From NCBI RefSeq assembly GCF_004010195.1, contig NC_057718.1:26728185-26792184 (forward strand): a stretch of 64,000 nt of DNA. Direction: 5' to 3'. A program made the position numbers and the translations under genes. The notes beneath the pieces are model-generated. The model had not been told where the DNA came from. It saw only the letters and a list, made by a program, of their open reading frames with translations, and ran no database searches. Positions 1 to 11,395 of the stretch are shown in pieces (the first letter of the stretch is position 1; every line of letters starts with the position of its first letter). Source of the DNA: Chiloscyllium plagiosum (taxonomy: Eukaryota).

Positions 1-312
1 CCCCCCCCTCTGCCCCTACTAAAACATTTAAATCCCGGAACCTGCCACAGCCAATCCTGTCCCTGTTCTAGCCATGTCTCCGTAATAGCCACAACATCGA
101 AGTCCCAGGTACCAACCAACGCTGCAAGTTCACCTACCTTATTCCGTATACTTCTTGCATTGAAGTATACACACTTCAAGCCACTTCCCTGTTTACAGGC
201 ACCCTCCTTGGAAATTGATGCCATGTTCCTCACCTCCCTACACTCCAGGCCCTGCACCCTGAAGCTACAATCTGGGTTCCCATGCCCCTGCCGAGTTAGT
301 TTAAACCCCCCC
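1..312 (-). mobile_element. CR1/HER1-type LINE, ORF1/ORF2 junction and APE endonuclease N-terminus (continues off window)
   Basis: Minus translation LKCVYFNARSIRNKVGELAALVGTWDFDVVAITETWLEQGQDW is open, with APE motifs. It is preceded by GGGGGGGTTTAAACTAA, the typical end of CR1 ORF1. Confidence 0.9.
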
Positions 313-2477
313 ATCTTCCTATGCACTAGGTATGACTCCAACCAGTGGAGAATTTGCCTCCTGATACCCACTGATTCTAGTTTTGCTAGGACTCCTTGAT
401 GTCACACTCAATCGAATTCAGCCTTGATGTGAAGAGCTGTCATTCTCAACTCCCCTCTGGAATTTAGCTCTTTTGCCCATGTTTGAATCCAAGGTTGTAA
501 TGAAGTCAGGAGCTGAGTGGACCTCGCGGAATCCAACCTGGGTATCACTGAGCAGGTGATTGCTGAGCAGGTGGTGCTTGGTAACACTGTTGTTAATAAC
601 TTCCATCCCTTTCCTGATGATCCAGAGTAGACTGATGAGGCAGCAATTGGTAGTGTTGGATTTGTCCTGCTTTTTATATACAGGACATAGCTGGGGAATT
701 TTCCACATTGTATTGTAATAGTACTGGAAGTGCCTGGCTAGGAGTGGCACTTTCTGGAGGATAAGTCTTCAGTACTATTACCGGAATGTTGTCAGGGCCA
801 AAGTCTTTGCAATATCCAGTGTCTCCAACCCTTTCCTGCTATCTCGTGAAGTGAATCAAATTGGCTGAAGGTTGGTATCTGTAATGCTGGGTACCACTGA
901 AGGAGGCCAAGATGAATCATCCACTCAACACTTCTGATTGAAGATATCTGCAAACGTATCATCCTTATCTTCCGCACTCGTGCTGGGCTCTTCTATCTTG
1001 AGGATCGGGGTATTTGTAGAGCCTCCTCCTTCAATGAATTGTTTAATTGTACACCACCATTCACAACTGGATGTGGCAGGACTGCAGAACTTAGATCTGA
1101 TCCAATGGATGTGAGATGACTTAGTTCTGTTGATCACTTGTTCTTATGCTGTCTGGCATGCAAGTCGTCCTGTTTGGTGGCTTCAACAGGCTGATCTCTC
1201 ATTTTTAGGTGTGAGGGGAACATGGTATGACTTCCTGCACTGTCCATTGAACCAGTGTTGATCCCCTGGCTTGATGGTAATGGTTAAGTGGGGGATATTC
1301 TGGGCTATGAGGTTGCAGATTGTGCTGGAGTGTAATACTGTTGCTGCTTTTGGCCCACAACATGGAGCCCAGTCTTGAGTTGCTACATCAGTTCAAAGTC
1401 TGTCCCATTTGGAAAGGTGACAGTGCCACAGCACACAATGGACGTTATTCTCAATGTGAAAGCAGGACTTCATCTCCACAAAGACTGTGCAGTGGTCACT
1501 CTTACCGAGAACATCCACAGCCAGCAGATCGGTAAGGATGAGGTCAGGTATGTTTTTCCGTCTTGCTGGTTCTCTTGTCCCTGCTGCAGCTCCACTCTAG
1601 AGGCTAAGTGCTTTAGGACCTGACTGACTCAATCAGTAGTACTACTGTCAAGCCAGTCTTGGTGGTGGACATTGAAATCCCCCATTCAGAATATGTTTTG
1701 TACCCGTTCCATCCTCAGTGCTTCCTCTGAATGTTGTTCACCATAGAAGAGTACCAATTCATCAACTGAGGAAGGATGGCATGTGGTAATCAGCAGGAGG
1801 GTTCCTTGCCCATGTTTAACCTGATGCCATGAAACTTCATGGGATTGGAGTCAATGTTGGGGGTGCCTAGGGAGATTTCTTTCCAACTGTATACCACTTT
1901 GCTGCTATCTCTGCTGGGTATGACCTGCCAGTGGGACAGGATATATCCAAGGATGGTAATAATGGTGTCTGTAAGATATGATTCCTTGAGTATGACTATG
2001 TCAGGCTGTCTTTTGACTAGTCTGTAATACTGCTCTGCCAACTTTGGCACTAGTCCTCAGACGTTAGCAAGGAGGACTTGGCAAGGTCGACAGGGTTGTT
2101 TCTGCCATTGTATTTCCCCTGTCTAGATCGATGCCAGGTGATCCATCCAATTCCATTTCTTTGAGACTTTGTAATGATTAATACAACTGAATGGCTTGCT
2201 AGGCCATTTCAGAGGGCAATTGAGAGTCACTTATAGGCATGATCAGATGAGGATGGCAGATCTCATTCCCCGAAGAACATTAGTGATGCAGATGGACTTT
2301 TCCAACAATTGACAATGATTTCTTGGTCATCAGTAGATTCCTACTTTCAGACAATTTAATTGAATTCAAATTCCACCATCTGCTGTAGCAGAATTCAAAC
2401 TTAGGTCCCCAGAACATTGGCTGAATGTCTGCCTGGATTAATAGTCTAGCGATAATACCACTAAGCAATCACGTCCC
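313..2477 (-). mobile_element. Degenerate CR1/L2-group LINE (APE + RT N-terminus) with tRNA-like 5' head
   Basis: ORF 1790-2050 LVKRQPDIVILKESYL (APE). ORF 418-750 WKIPQLCPVYKKQDKSNTTNCCLISLL...QVGFR (RT domains 0-2). Positions 2200-2477 carry decayed Pol III A and B boxes. Confidence 0.85.
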
Positions 2478-2734
2478 TTGTGAGAAGGACAAGTTCAACA
2501 GTTGCATGAAAAAATGATCATCCCCAAGTTTCCTCCCCAAGCTGACTTGATAATAATTCATCTTTGATGGTTCACAATCATAAAAGTTCCAACCTAACAC
2601 ATTTTCTACTGGAAAACATGATCTTTTCATGGGCCATTAAGGACAAAGAAAATGCCAGCAGTGCCAGTGAGTGATGCCCACCTTCCAAGAGTAAATAAGA
2701 AAGTATAGATGAAAGAAATGAAATACATACTTGA

Positions 2735-3029
2735 CAACTGCACTTCTCAAACCACCATCAGGCAGAAGATACAAAGGCTTGAACACATGCACCAGCAGGT
2801 TCATGAACAGATTCCTCTCTGTTGTTATTAGATTGATGAATGGACTCTCTAACTTCAAATAATGTTGATCTTGCCTCATGCACATCCTGTGTAGTGTAAG
2901 CTTATGTTTTTGTCACCTTATGATCTTTACATCCTTGCTTACTATGATCAGCCTGTACTGCTTGCAAATCAAAGATTTTCTCTACACTTTGGTACACCTG
3001 ACAATAATCAAATCAAATCAAATCAAATC
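2735..3029 (+). mobile_element. Rex1/Babar-type LINE 3' end with (AATCA)n tail
   Basis: Similar to the 3' part of 57692-58465 (ggcagaagatacaaaggcttgaac...cttttctctacactttggtac...). Ends in aatcaaatcaaatcaaatc. Confidence 0.75.
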
Positions 3030-3099
3030 TCTACATTTACTTTGTCAATCCCTTTTATCGTCTTATATACCTCTATTAGATTTCCTCACATTCTTTTAA

Positions 3100-3500
3100 A
3101 CTCAAGACAGTATAGGTCTAAACTACCCAGCCTAGCTTTGTGAGTTGAACCCCTCATCTCTGGAACAAATATAGCGAACCTTCTCTGAACTGCCTCCAAT
3201 TCAACTTCATCCCTCAAGTAAAGGGATCAAAATTGTACGCGATACTGCAGATATGGTTTCACTAGTGCTTTGTACACATTCCAACTTTTCCACTCTATTC
3301 TTTTAGCAATAAACGTCAAAATTCTATTTGCCTTTCTTATGACCTGCATACTAGTTTTCTACGATTCACACATAAGAACATCCAGATCATTTTGCATCAA
3401 AGCACTCAGAAGTTTCTCTTCATTTAGATAATAAATTGTCTTTCTATTCCTCCATCCAAAATGGATGATCTTACACTAATCTGCATTAAGTTTCATACAT
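3100..3500 (-). mobile_element. Degenerate CR1 ORF2 C-terminal fragment
   Basis: Reverse complement resembles the CR1 HLEYCVQFWSP...LEAVQRRF region seen in other copies here. Confidence 0.65.
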
Positions 3501-4202
3501 GGCAATAATCAGTCATGCCTGGGATATCCTTTGTATTTAAATGGCCACCACAGGCTGACAGGAAGTTTCTGGCTTGCAGCAAGTGAAGTGGTGTCCTTTA
3601 AAGGTGGCACCAGATGTACAACCCCAGAAAGTGCCACCAATGGGCACAATATCCTGCTCATTTGCCGGGTGATTTGCTGTAAAACTCGTGCAACCTCTCT
3701 TGCAAAGATAATGAGCTCAGAAACACATAATCATGTGAGATAACTTGCTCCAGGAATTAGCAGTTATATACCAACCAACATGCTTGATGCCATGCTTTAA
3801 CTTCAAAATGGAAAACCTCAGCCTAAAAGTATATTTAAAAGAAAAGTACTTCATCAATTAAAGCAGTCATGATTATTGTTACCCCAAAAACAATCAATTG
3901 GATTGATCTTCCTGCAGTTATCATCATTCAACAGTCGTCAGCCTAACACTTTATGCTGGAAATTGATACTTTTTTCAGGTAAGCAATATTAAATACAATT
4001 GCTACAAGAGAAAAGAGAAAAAAAATCATAAAATGAAGGGCTTAAATAAATAAATCAATGATATTACTGATAATTCCTTTATCAGGTAATGACCCAATAG
4101 ATTAAAAAAAATGAAAAAATTATACTCTTCAACAAAACTAAAAACAATCACTTCTTTTTATATTAATACCCAATTTATTTACCACAGCAGACTTCAGCCT
4201 AC

Positions 4203-4343
4203 CTGTGTTAACTTTTGATGTAACATGCGACAAATCAATTTTTTGTGATCGGACAGGAGTTGACGTTTTACTTGATGATGTCCTTGTTACACTCTTTTTT
4301 ACCACGGGTACTTTGCTAATCTTGGAAAGCGGTGCAAAAATCC
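4203..4343 (-). CDS. CLIP4: CLIP4 coding exon, end of CAP-Gly 1 and basic/Ser-rich linker, 141 nt, phase 1/1
   Basis: Minus strand ttccttgaag|GG ATT TTT GCA CCG...AAC ACA G|gtaggc. Translates to (G)IFAPLSKISKVPVVKKSVTRTSSSKTSTPVRSQKIDLSHVTSKVNT. Phase matches the previous exon. Confidence 0.94.
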
Positions 4344-5569
4344 CTTCAAGGAAATAAAAAAATTTAGAAAAGATCTTCTACTGTAGAATACATCTGGAAT
4401 AACAGTGCCTCAAAAGCCCTCTACATAAATTGCCAATTCCAAATAACCTTTTTTATAAATTTTGTTTTATCATCGATTTTCAAGATATTCTTCTCTACCC
4501 TAAAGACCACATAGAGGTATGCATTATTTAACTCTACCACCTGAAACCAGGTGGAACATTAGCAATTGAATTACAGTGTTCCCTGACTACCTGTATATGT
4601 CTTCCAGTTTTTCCATCCTTGGGAATATGGGGAAATGCTTACTAATCTTGATGGTACAATGAATGTAGATCACCACATATGGAATTGTCATTGCAAACAC
4701 ACATCATACAATTCTCGCACACTGTTTTCAAAGGCAAAGTTTGCAAAACATCAATTTAAGGTTAGTAGTTCACACAGTCCCATTCCATTGGTAGATATTG
4801 AATTTTTATGCTCATTTTATCTAATAAATTAACCAAATTATAATTTCACTGTCATAAATAGTAAAGAAATGTAACTTGAGTATCTTGATCTCTACTGCAT
4901 CAGAGCTTTGATCTCAAGTCTTTTCTCAGAATTATCATTTCCTTTCACTGGCATCATCCTGGTGAAGCTGTAGTGCATCAGCATTATGTCATTAATGGGT
5001 GCCAAAACCGCACCCTAGCCAATGTTTTGTTTAAAATGATGACTGCACATTTACTTTATTAATACTTTGCTCTTATAAATTGTTATTGACCCCTTTTATA
5101 GTCTTTTTTAAAATCTAGTTGCCCCTACACTTTCAGAGAATTATGTACTTGAAGGAAAAGCAGAAATTGCTGATGAAACTCAGCAGAAATGCAGCATCTG
5201 TGAGTCCAGTGACTCTGAATTTGAAGAATTAGGTTTCAAGGCCCAAACCCTTTAACATTTTTCAGTTGAGCCTATGGATTCATTGTTGTTTTTACAATAA
5301 TACTGCATTATCCCATGCGTCATATTAGGTTGCATCTGTCATCCACCTGGTAATCCTTTACAATCCTTCTCTATTTAGCAAGCTTCCTTTGCTGCCATCA
5401 GCAAATTGTCTTACCTTTACTAAAATTATGGACACCTATCATACACAAATTCCAGCTTTTCTCCAATCTGTGCAATCCACATTTGGCCTCTTTATTACTT
5501 GTCTGTTAACCAAATTTCTTGTCATGCTACTGAAGCTTATATCATGGAGCAGAATAATTATAACAAAAC

Positions 5570-6104
5570 TGCATTTAATTCTGGTCTCCCTTCTACAGGA
5601 GAAATGTTGTTAAACTTGAAAGGGTCCAGAAAAGATTCACAAGGATATTGTTGAGATTGGCCAGTTTGAGCTATAGGGAGAGGCTGAATAGGCTGGGGCT
5701 ATTTTCCCTGGAGCATCAGAGCCTGAGGGGTGACCTCATAGAGGTTTATAAAATCACAAGGGGCATTGATAGGGTGAATATCCAAGGTCTTTTTCCCAGG
5801 GCAGGTGAGTTCAAAATTAGAGGGCATAGGTTTACGATGAGAGGGGAAAGATTTAAAAGGGACCTAACAGGCAGCTTTTTCATACAGAGGGTAGTGTATG
5901 TATGGAATGAGTTGTCAGAGGAAGTGGTGAAGGCTGATACAATTACAACATTTAAAAGGCACCTGGATGGGTATGTGAACAGAAAGGGTTTAGAGGAATA
6001 TGGGTCAAATGCTGGCAATTAGGACTTGATCAGTATGGGATATCTGGTTGGCATGGACGGGTTTGACCGAAAGGTCTGTTTCTGTGCTGTACAATCTATG
6101 ACTC
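5570..6104 (+). mobile_element. CR1/HER1 LINE 3' end (5'-truncated)
   Basis: ORF 5648-6022 LSYRERLNRLGLFSLE...RGDLIEVYKI...FFIQRVVYVWNEL. The 3' tail gaccgaaaggtctgtttctgtgctgtacaatctatgactc is related to the HE1 SINE tail. Confidence 0.92.
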
Positions 6105-7008
6105 AAAAAGTTACGTGAGTCATTTTATCAAATATGTTCTCAAAGTTGATCACGATACAACAACTATTGTATTACATTTGTCAAAAAGTTACCTAGCTAT
6201 AAAGCCATTTGTTGGCTGTCTTCAATTATTCCATGCATTTCAAAATGGAACCTAATTTGATGTTGAACTTTAGCTTCAAGTGATTTTGCATTATGAGCCA
6301 ACAGTATGTTACTGGTCTATAACTATGTGGTTTGTCCTTTCCTCACTAAGTGATGCTACATGGCTACACCTTAATCTCATGGCATGGTTTGTATATTTAA
6401 GGAAAATTTAAAATTATAGGGATCTTCTGTTATCTTATTTCCAGCTTCCTTCAATAACACAAGGACAAGTAATTTATCCTCCTTAAGTTGTGCTATATTT
6501 TTCAGAAGGAATTTTGTTTCTGATATCTACGTTAAAATTAGGTGTCAGCACAAATAAAAAATGTTTTAATATCTCTGCCACACATTGATTCGCTAAAATG
6601 AGACTTTCTTTTTGATTTCTGAATGATCCTATCTTCTCTTTCACTACTCTTTATTTTTAGTATGCTTAGAAATCCCCTTACTCTTTGAAAATCCATTTTC
6701 ACGTTCCTTTTGTGCCCCTCTAATCTGTCTCTTTGTCTTTTCACTCCACTTCCTATATTTCTTAGGGTTATTGTTAAACTGTTAGGTCTAGTTTATACCC
6801 TGATGTTTTAATTGAAATCCAATCTCTTAATTTATCCATAGAATTTTGTATTCTTTGTACATCAACATTTTGTTTTTCTTTATAAGAATTTATTCTATCT
6901 GGCCTCCGATTAATGCAGTCAACAACTAAAAAATGAAAAATGAATACAGGTACAGAAAGAGCTGAGGAACAAAACATTCGCCAAGTTCTAGGAATATAAA
7001 TAAGAAAC

Positions 7009-7048
7009 TATCTATATACATATATTTTTATATATATATATATATATA
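7009..7048. repeat. (TA)n-rich microsatellite abutting the CLIP4 splice donor
   Basis: tatatatatatatatatat at about 7029-7048 directly follows the GT donor on the minus strand. Confidence 0.9.
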
Positions 7049-7049
7049 C

Positions 7050-7185
7050 CATGTTTAATGGGACAGCTAAAATACTGAATGCCACAAATACTTCCATCAT
7101 TCTTCCCCTCAGGTTCATCCAGCTCAATCCCTGCCCACTGGCCACTGGCAAACTCAGTGGTGCCACAAAATCGTAGTGTGCCAAC
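7050..7185 (-). CDS. CLIP4: CLIP4 coding exon, core of first CAP-Gly domain, 136 nt, phase 0/1
   Basis: Minus strand cttctcttag|GTT GGC ACA CTA CGA...AAA CAT G|gtatat. Translates to VGTLRFCGTTEFASGQWAGIELDEPEGKNDGSICGIQYFSCPIKH(G), with the CAP-Gly GKNDG motif. Continues the 46090-46326 exon in frame. Missed by the ORF track in this frame. Confidence 0.96.
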
Positions 7186-7629
7186 CTAAGAGAAGTACAA
7201 AATGTAGGAAGATTCAAATACATGAAAAGCATAAATAGCTACTATTTTGCTGTCATTGTTATAAATTTCTTACTAATTCTAAAACATGAAAAAGTTAAAT
7301 TTTTACTTTGAGTTTTCAGAAGTTTACAGAAAAAAATCAATACATCTCTTGTTCAAGTGGTAAATTATATAAACATTTATAGAGGTGCATAGTTGTATAC
7401 ATTTTTCAATCAAACATTTAATAAACTTGAATCGGATTGACTTGAATTCTTAATTCATAAAATTGCGAATATATCAATGTTGAACAAGTGAGAAATATAG
7501 TCTTTAGAAGTAGCCAATAAAAATACATTATAAAAGGCTGCCAACGATATCTAGATATAATCATTCATGACAAATAGCTTGCAAAAGTCATAGAGTCATT
7601 GAGTCAACAAAAACACAAAACCAATGTTG

Positions 7630-8118
7630 TGTTCATTAGGATGATCCCTGGTGTGGGGGGATTGTCTCATGAATAAAGGTTGAACAGGTTAGGATTCTAC
7701 TCATCAGAATTTTGAAGAATGAGAGGTGATCTCATTGAAACATGTGGGATTCTTAAGGGGCTTGACAGGTTAATTGTGAGAGGATGCTTCATCTCATTGG
7801 AAAGACTAGAATCAGAAGGCATGGTCTCAGAATAAACAAGCACCAATGTAAGATTAAAACAAGGAGGAATTACTTCTCTTAGAGGGTTGAGAATCCTTGG
7901 AACTCCTTGCCAGAGAGCTGTGGGACACAGTGTTTGTGTATATTTAAGTCTGAGATAGATTCTTGTTCAGTAGGGAAGGCATAGGTTACAGGGAAATTGC
8001 AGGAAAGTGATCATGAGGAATGTTGGATCAGCCATGATCCTATTGATTGGTGCAGACTCAAGAAGATGAATGGCGTACTCCTATTCCTACTGCTTCTGGT
8101 CTTCTGGACTTATGGTCA
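7630..8118 (+). mobile_element. CR1 LINE 3' end (second subfamily)
   Basis: gaagaatgagaggtgatctcattgaaaca (RRMRGDLIET). Tail gatcagccatgatc...tactcctattccta...cttatggtc. Confidence 0.85.
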
Positions 8119-8439
8119 AATATCAGTTTTTGTGACAGAGTGGTAGTGTCACTACTTTGAGGTCAGACTTTCTGCATTCCAGTGCCACCTCATAATGTGA
8201 TGGTCATGGAGGTGTTCATAACACATCCAAACAAGTTGATTCAAACAAAACATTTCTACACAGAAAGGATTTGGAAATGAGCTACATCAAGGTGGGTTTA
8301 AAATTCTCTTCAGTCAGATGTTACTGATATAGGAACTTTGTTCCAAAAAGACAGGCATATTCACACAATGACAAGACAATCGTCTATCTGAAACTTTGTC
8401 TCAGGCTTGCTACTAACATTTGTAATTATCCTCAATGTG

Positions 8440-8882
8440 ACGTTTTATAAATTCCTACTTTGGGAATAGAATCAGTCTGATTCAAGGTTGGGATACAGAC
8501 AGACTCTGACCTCACACCTTTAATGCACTATCTGAGCTGAGATGTCACATTTTTTATACTGATAAAACCTTAAATTGTCTTGGGACCGTGACTTGAAAGG
8601 AGTTCTGGAATTTACATATTAATCAATTGAAACCTACATTCCTATTCTAAGTGATTAAAGACTTTACAGTAATCTAGGTTAGTTCAATATATTGCATCAG
8701 TTGTATGATATTTTGATTTTTTACTATAAATTCTATGTCCTATGATCCTGTCCCACCAGCTACCTGCTGAAGGAGCAGTGCTCCACAAGCTTGTATTTTC
8801 AAATAAACCTGTTGGACTATAACCTGGTGTTGTGTGAATCTTAATTTTGTCCACTCTAGTCCAACACCAGCACTTCCACATC
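8440..8882 (+). mobile_element. Penelope-like element 3'/pseudo-LTR region with degenerate hammerhead motif
   Basis: tac-ctgctga-a-ggagc-agt-gctcc-acaagctt-gta at 8761-8795, followed by aataaacctgttggactataacctggtgttgtgtga. Non-coding. Family assignment comes from recognising the motif context. Confidence 0.6.
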
Positions 8883-9589
8883 ATATCCTTATTTGGAGTG
8901 CATGCATGCCAAAAATCTACTCTTGTTGTTGCAGGAGAGATAGTCAGTTTTATTCCAACACCTACAGGTCATTCACTGGAAGACAGGTTGGAATGTCAGC
9001 CATCCACCACTTGTGATCATAAGCAAGAAAAGACAGAGAAATAAAACTAATAACCTAAAGAATATTAACTGGCACCAATATAAATGAGGAGGGTTAAAGT
9101 GTGGAAGCATAAGAAATCTTAGCAAGGTTTGGGACATGAATGAACTGCTCATCTAAAAGAATGGGCCTCATTTAATCTGCCATAGATATTAGTCTATCAA
9201 TTAGCTGATATTGTGGTCAGGGGGCTGGAGTAGAAATCTGTGGCCCAAAGCATGAATTTGCAGCAGATGGTGATAGCTGAAGATACTTGGGAAAGTATCC
9301 TGGGAGTTTTTGGAGGCACTGGCAACAAGCAGGGATGTTGCAGGAATCAGGATTCTGGCTACAAACTATGAAGCAAGTTTTAATGTGGTCAGAGGGCAGG
9401 GGTGGGTAGCCTAGTGTAGGAGTGACTCAAATACTTTTTTTTAATAAGATTTAGAACTGCACATCAAGAAACACAAAATTAATGTAAAACGTAACTTTAA
9501 GCCTCGATATCTAATTCCTGGTGAGAACCAACTGTTGCTCCTCTTTCCATCTAGCTCAGGCCTCACCTTGAAATTGCAGGACTGATTGA

Positions 9590-10030
9590 GTCAGAAGGAG
9601 AGGCTGGATAGGCTGGGACTTCTTTCACTGGACCATCAGAGGTTAAAGGGTGACCTCACAGAGGTTTATAAAATCATGACAGAAACAGATAAGGTGAATA
9701 GCATAGGTCTTTTCCTTAGGGTAAGAGGAGTTCAAAACTAGAGTGCATATTTTTAAGGTGAGAGGAGAAAGATTTACAAAGGACCTGAGGGGTAACCTTT
9801 TTACACAGAGGGTGGTTCATGCATGGAATGAACTTCCACAGAAAATGGTAGATGCAGGTACCATTACAACATTTAAAAAGACATTTAATCAGGTACATGA
9901 ACAGGAAAGGTTTAGAGGGATTTAGGTCAAACACAGGTAAATGGGACAACTTTAGTTTGGGTAATATGTTGGCATGGACAAGTTGGACCGAAGGGTCTGT
10001 TTCTGTGCTGTCTGACACTATGACTCTATA
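9590..10030 (+). mobile_element. CR1/HER1 LINE 3' end
   Basis: ORF 9743-9925 FKVRGERFTKDLRGNLFTQRVVHAWNELP. Tail ggaccgaagggtctgtttctgtgctg...ctatgactcta. Confidence 0.92.
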
Positions 10031-10549
10031 GTGAGCCCTAATAACACTACCAGATTTAGTCAGTATATTGAAAGAACAATCTTGTTTCCTTAAAGGCAGT
10101 CTGCACACATGCTCAAAGGAGTATATTATATTAGGACAGCGTAAGGAGGAAGTGGGATAGGATTGGTTAACTTTCCCCCAAGTTCAGCTTTTACTAGATG
10201 AGATCAGTTAAAATGTGGGCCATTATTTCAATGAGTGACTGGTAAATCTATAAAATATTTCCCGGTAAGACTGTCGAAACAGGTAGTAATGTTTCACTCA
10301 AATACTAATTAAATATAATTCTTCAGAAAATAATGTTTTAAAGTACCGTATCTAAGTAATCTGAAGCACAGAATATAATAAGTATAGCACGCCTGGGGAC
10401 AAGAATTGGTTTTTGACCTATTGCATGCAAAGCCTTTCACTATGGGATGCTTTGTTGACTCAAGACTGAGTCTGTAGTAAAATAATTGTGAGAAAATGAT
10501 TGCTATCATTCGCCAAAAATGTCATTATTGACGTATCCACACATCCCTC

Positions 10550-10722
10550 AGGATACAAGATGGAAGTGGGGAGGCTGCAGAAGGGCTTGGACATGCTGGG
10601 AGAGTGGGCAAAGAAGTGGCAGATGCAATACAATGTGGGCATTTTCAAAGAAAGAATAGAGGTTTAGATTTATTTTCTAAATGGGGAAAGGCTTCGGAAA
10701 TCTGAAGCATAAAGGGCCTTGG
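10550..10722 (+). mobile_element. Internal CR1 RT fragment
   Basis: aggctgcagaagggcttggacatgctgggagagtgggcaaagaagtggcagatgcaatacaatgtg translates to RLQKGLDMLGEWAKKWQMQYNV. Confidence 0.8.
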
Positions 10723-11151
10723 GAAATGACATCACCACAAACTCCAGGAACCCCATCCAGAAGAAAGATATAAATAGAAAGGAGACAACAGCTTCGCTTC
10801 ACAGCGAACAGGAACAGGAGTATGCCATATGGGTCTGCTAGTCTGACTTACATTCAATAAGTTTATAGCTGATCTAATAGCCCTTAGCTCTTTTGTTTAT
10901 TACCTCAAATGAATCCCCACAGGACAAAGAAGTTTCAGGTTTGATCTCATCCAGAACTGCTCTCATCAAGGTATAATTGATCTCAAATTCGGTTAAGGTT
11001 GAGGTTAAGGTTCGGGGTGAGAATTATCAATCATAGTTTCTTTGTTAGGAATACAAGTGTCAAGGTTAGATGAAGACAATACAAGACTTTTCTTTCCCTA
11101 GCTGAACACTGCTTTCAAAGCTTCCCCACATATAATGGCCAGTAAGTTACT

Positions 11152-11395
11152 AGAATAAAAAACGAAAGTGCTGAAGAAACTCAGCAGCTCTCACAGCATC
11201 TGTGGAGAGAGATACAGAGTTAATGTTTCAAGTCCAATATGACTCTTCCTCGGGATATCAAAGATGAGCCATATTAGACTCAAAATGGTAATTCTGTTTC
11301 TGTCTCTGCAGATGATGCCTGACTGGCTAAGTTTTTTTTTTCTATACTTACTGTTTTTATTTCAAATCTCTAGCATTCACAGCACTTTGTTTTTA
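11152..11395. mobile_element. Palindromic Penelope-derived short element (family B) with 9-bp TSD
   Basis: Imperfect inverted arms around 11250-11265. TAAGTTACT occurs at 11143-11151 and 11396-11404. Confidence 0.75.

Larger units (their letters stand above)
4344..7049 (-). other. CLIP4: CLIP4 intron, 2,706 bp, GT-AG
   Basis: Donor gtatat at 7049, acceptor gaag at 4344. The split codon G|GG encodes Gly. Confidence 0.9.

Noticed and set aside
10725..10805. Fourth hammerhead-bearing Penelope family
   Set aside because: It resembles a Penelope-type terminal region but ends before any CUGANGA/GAAA motif, so it is unsupported here.
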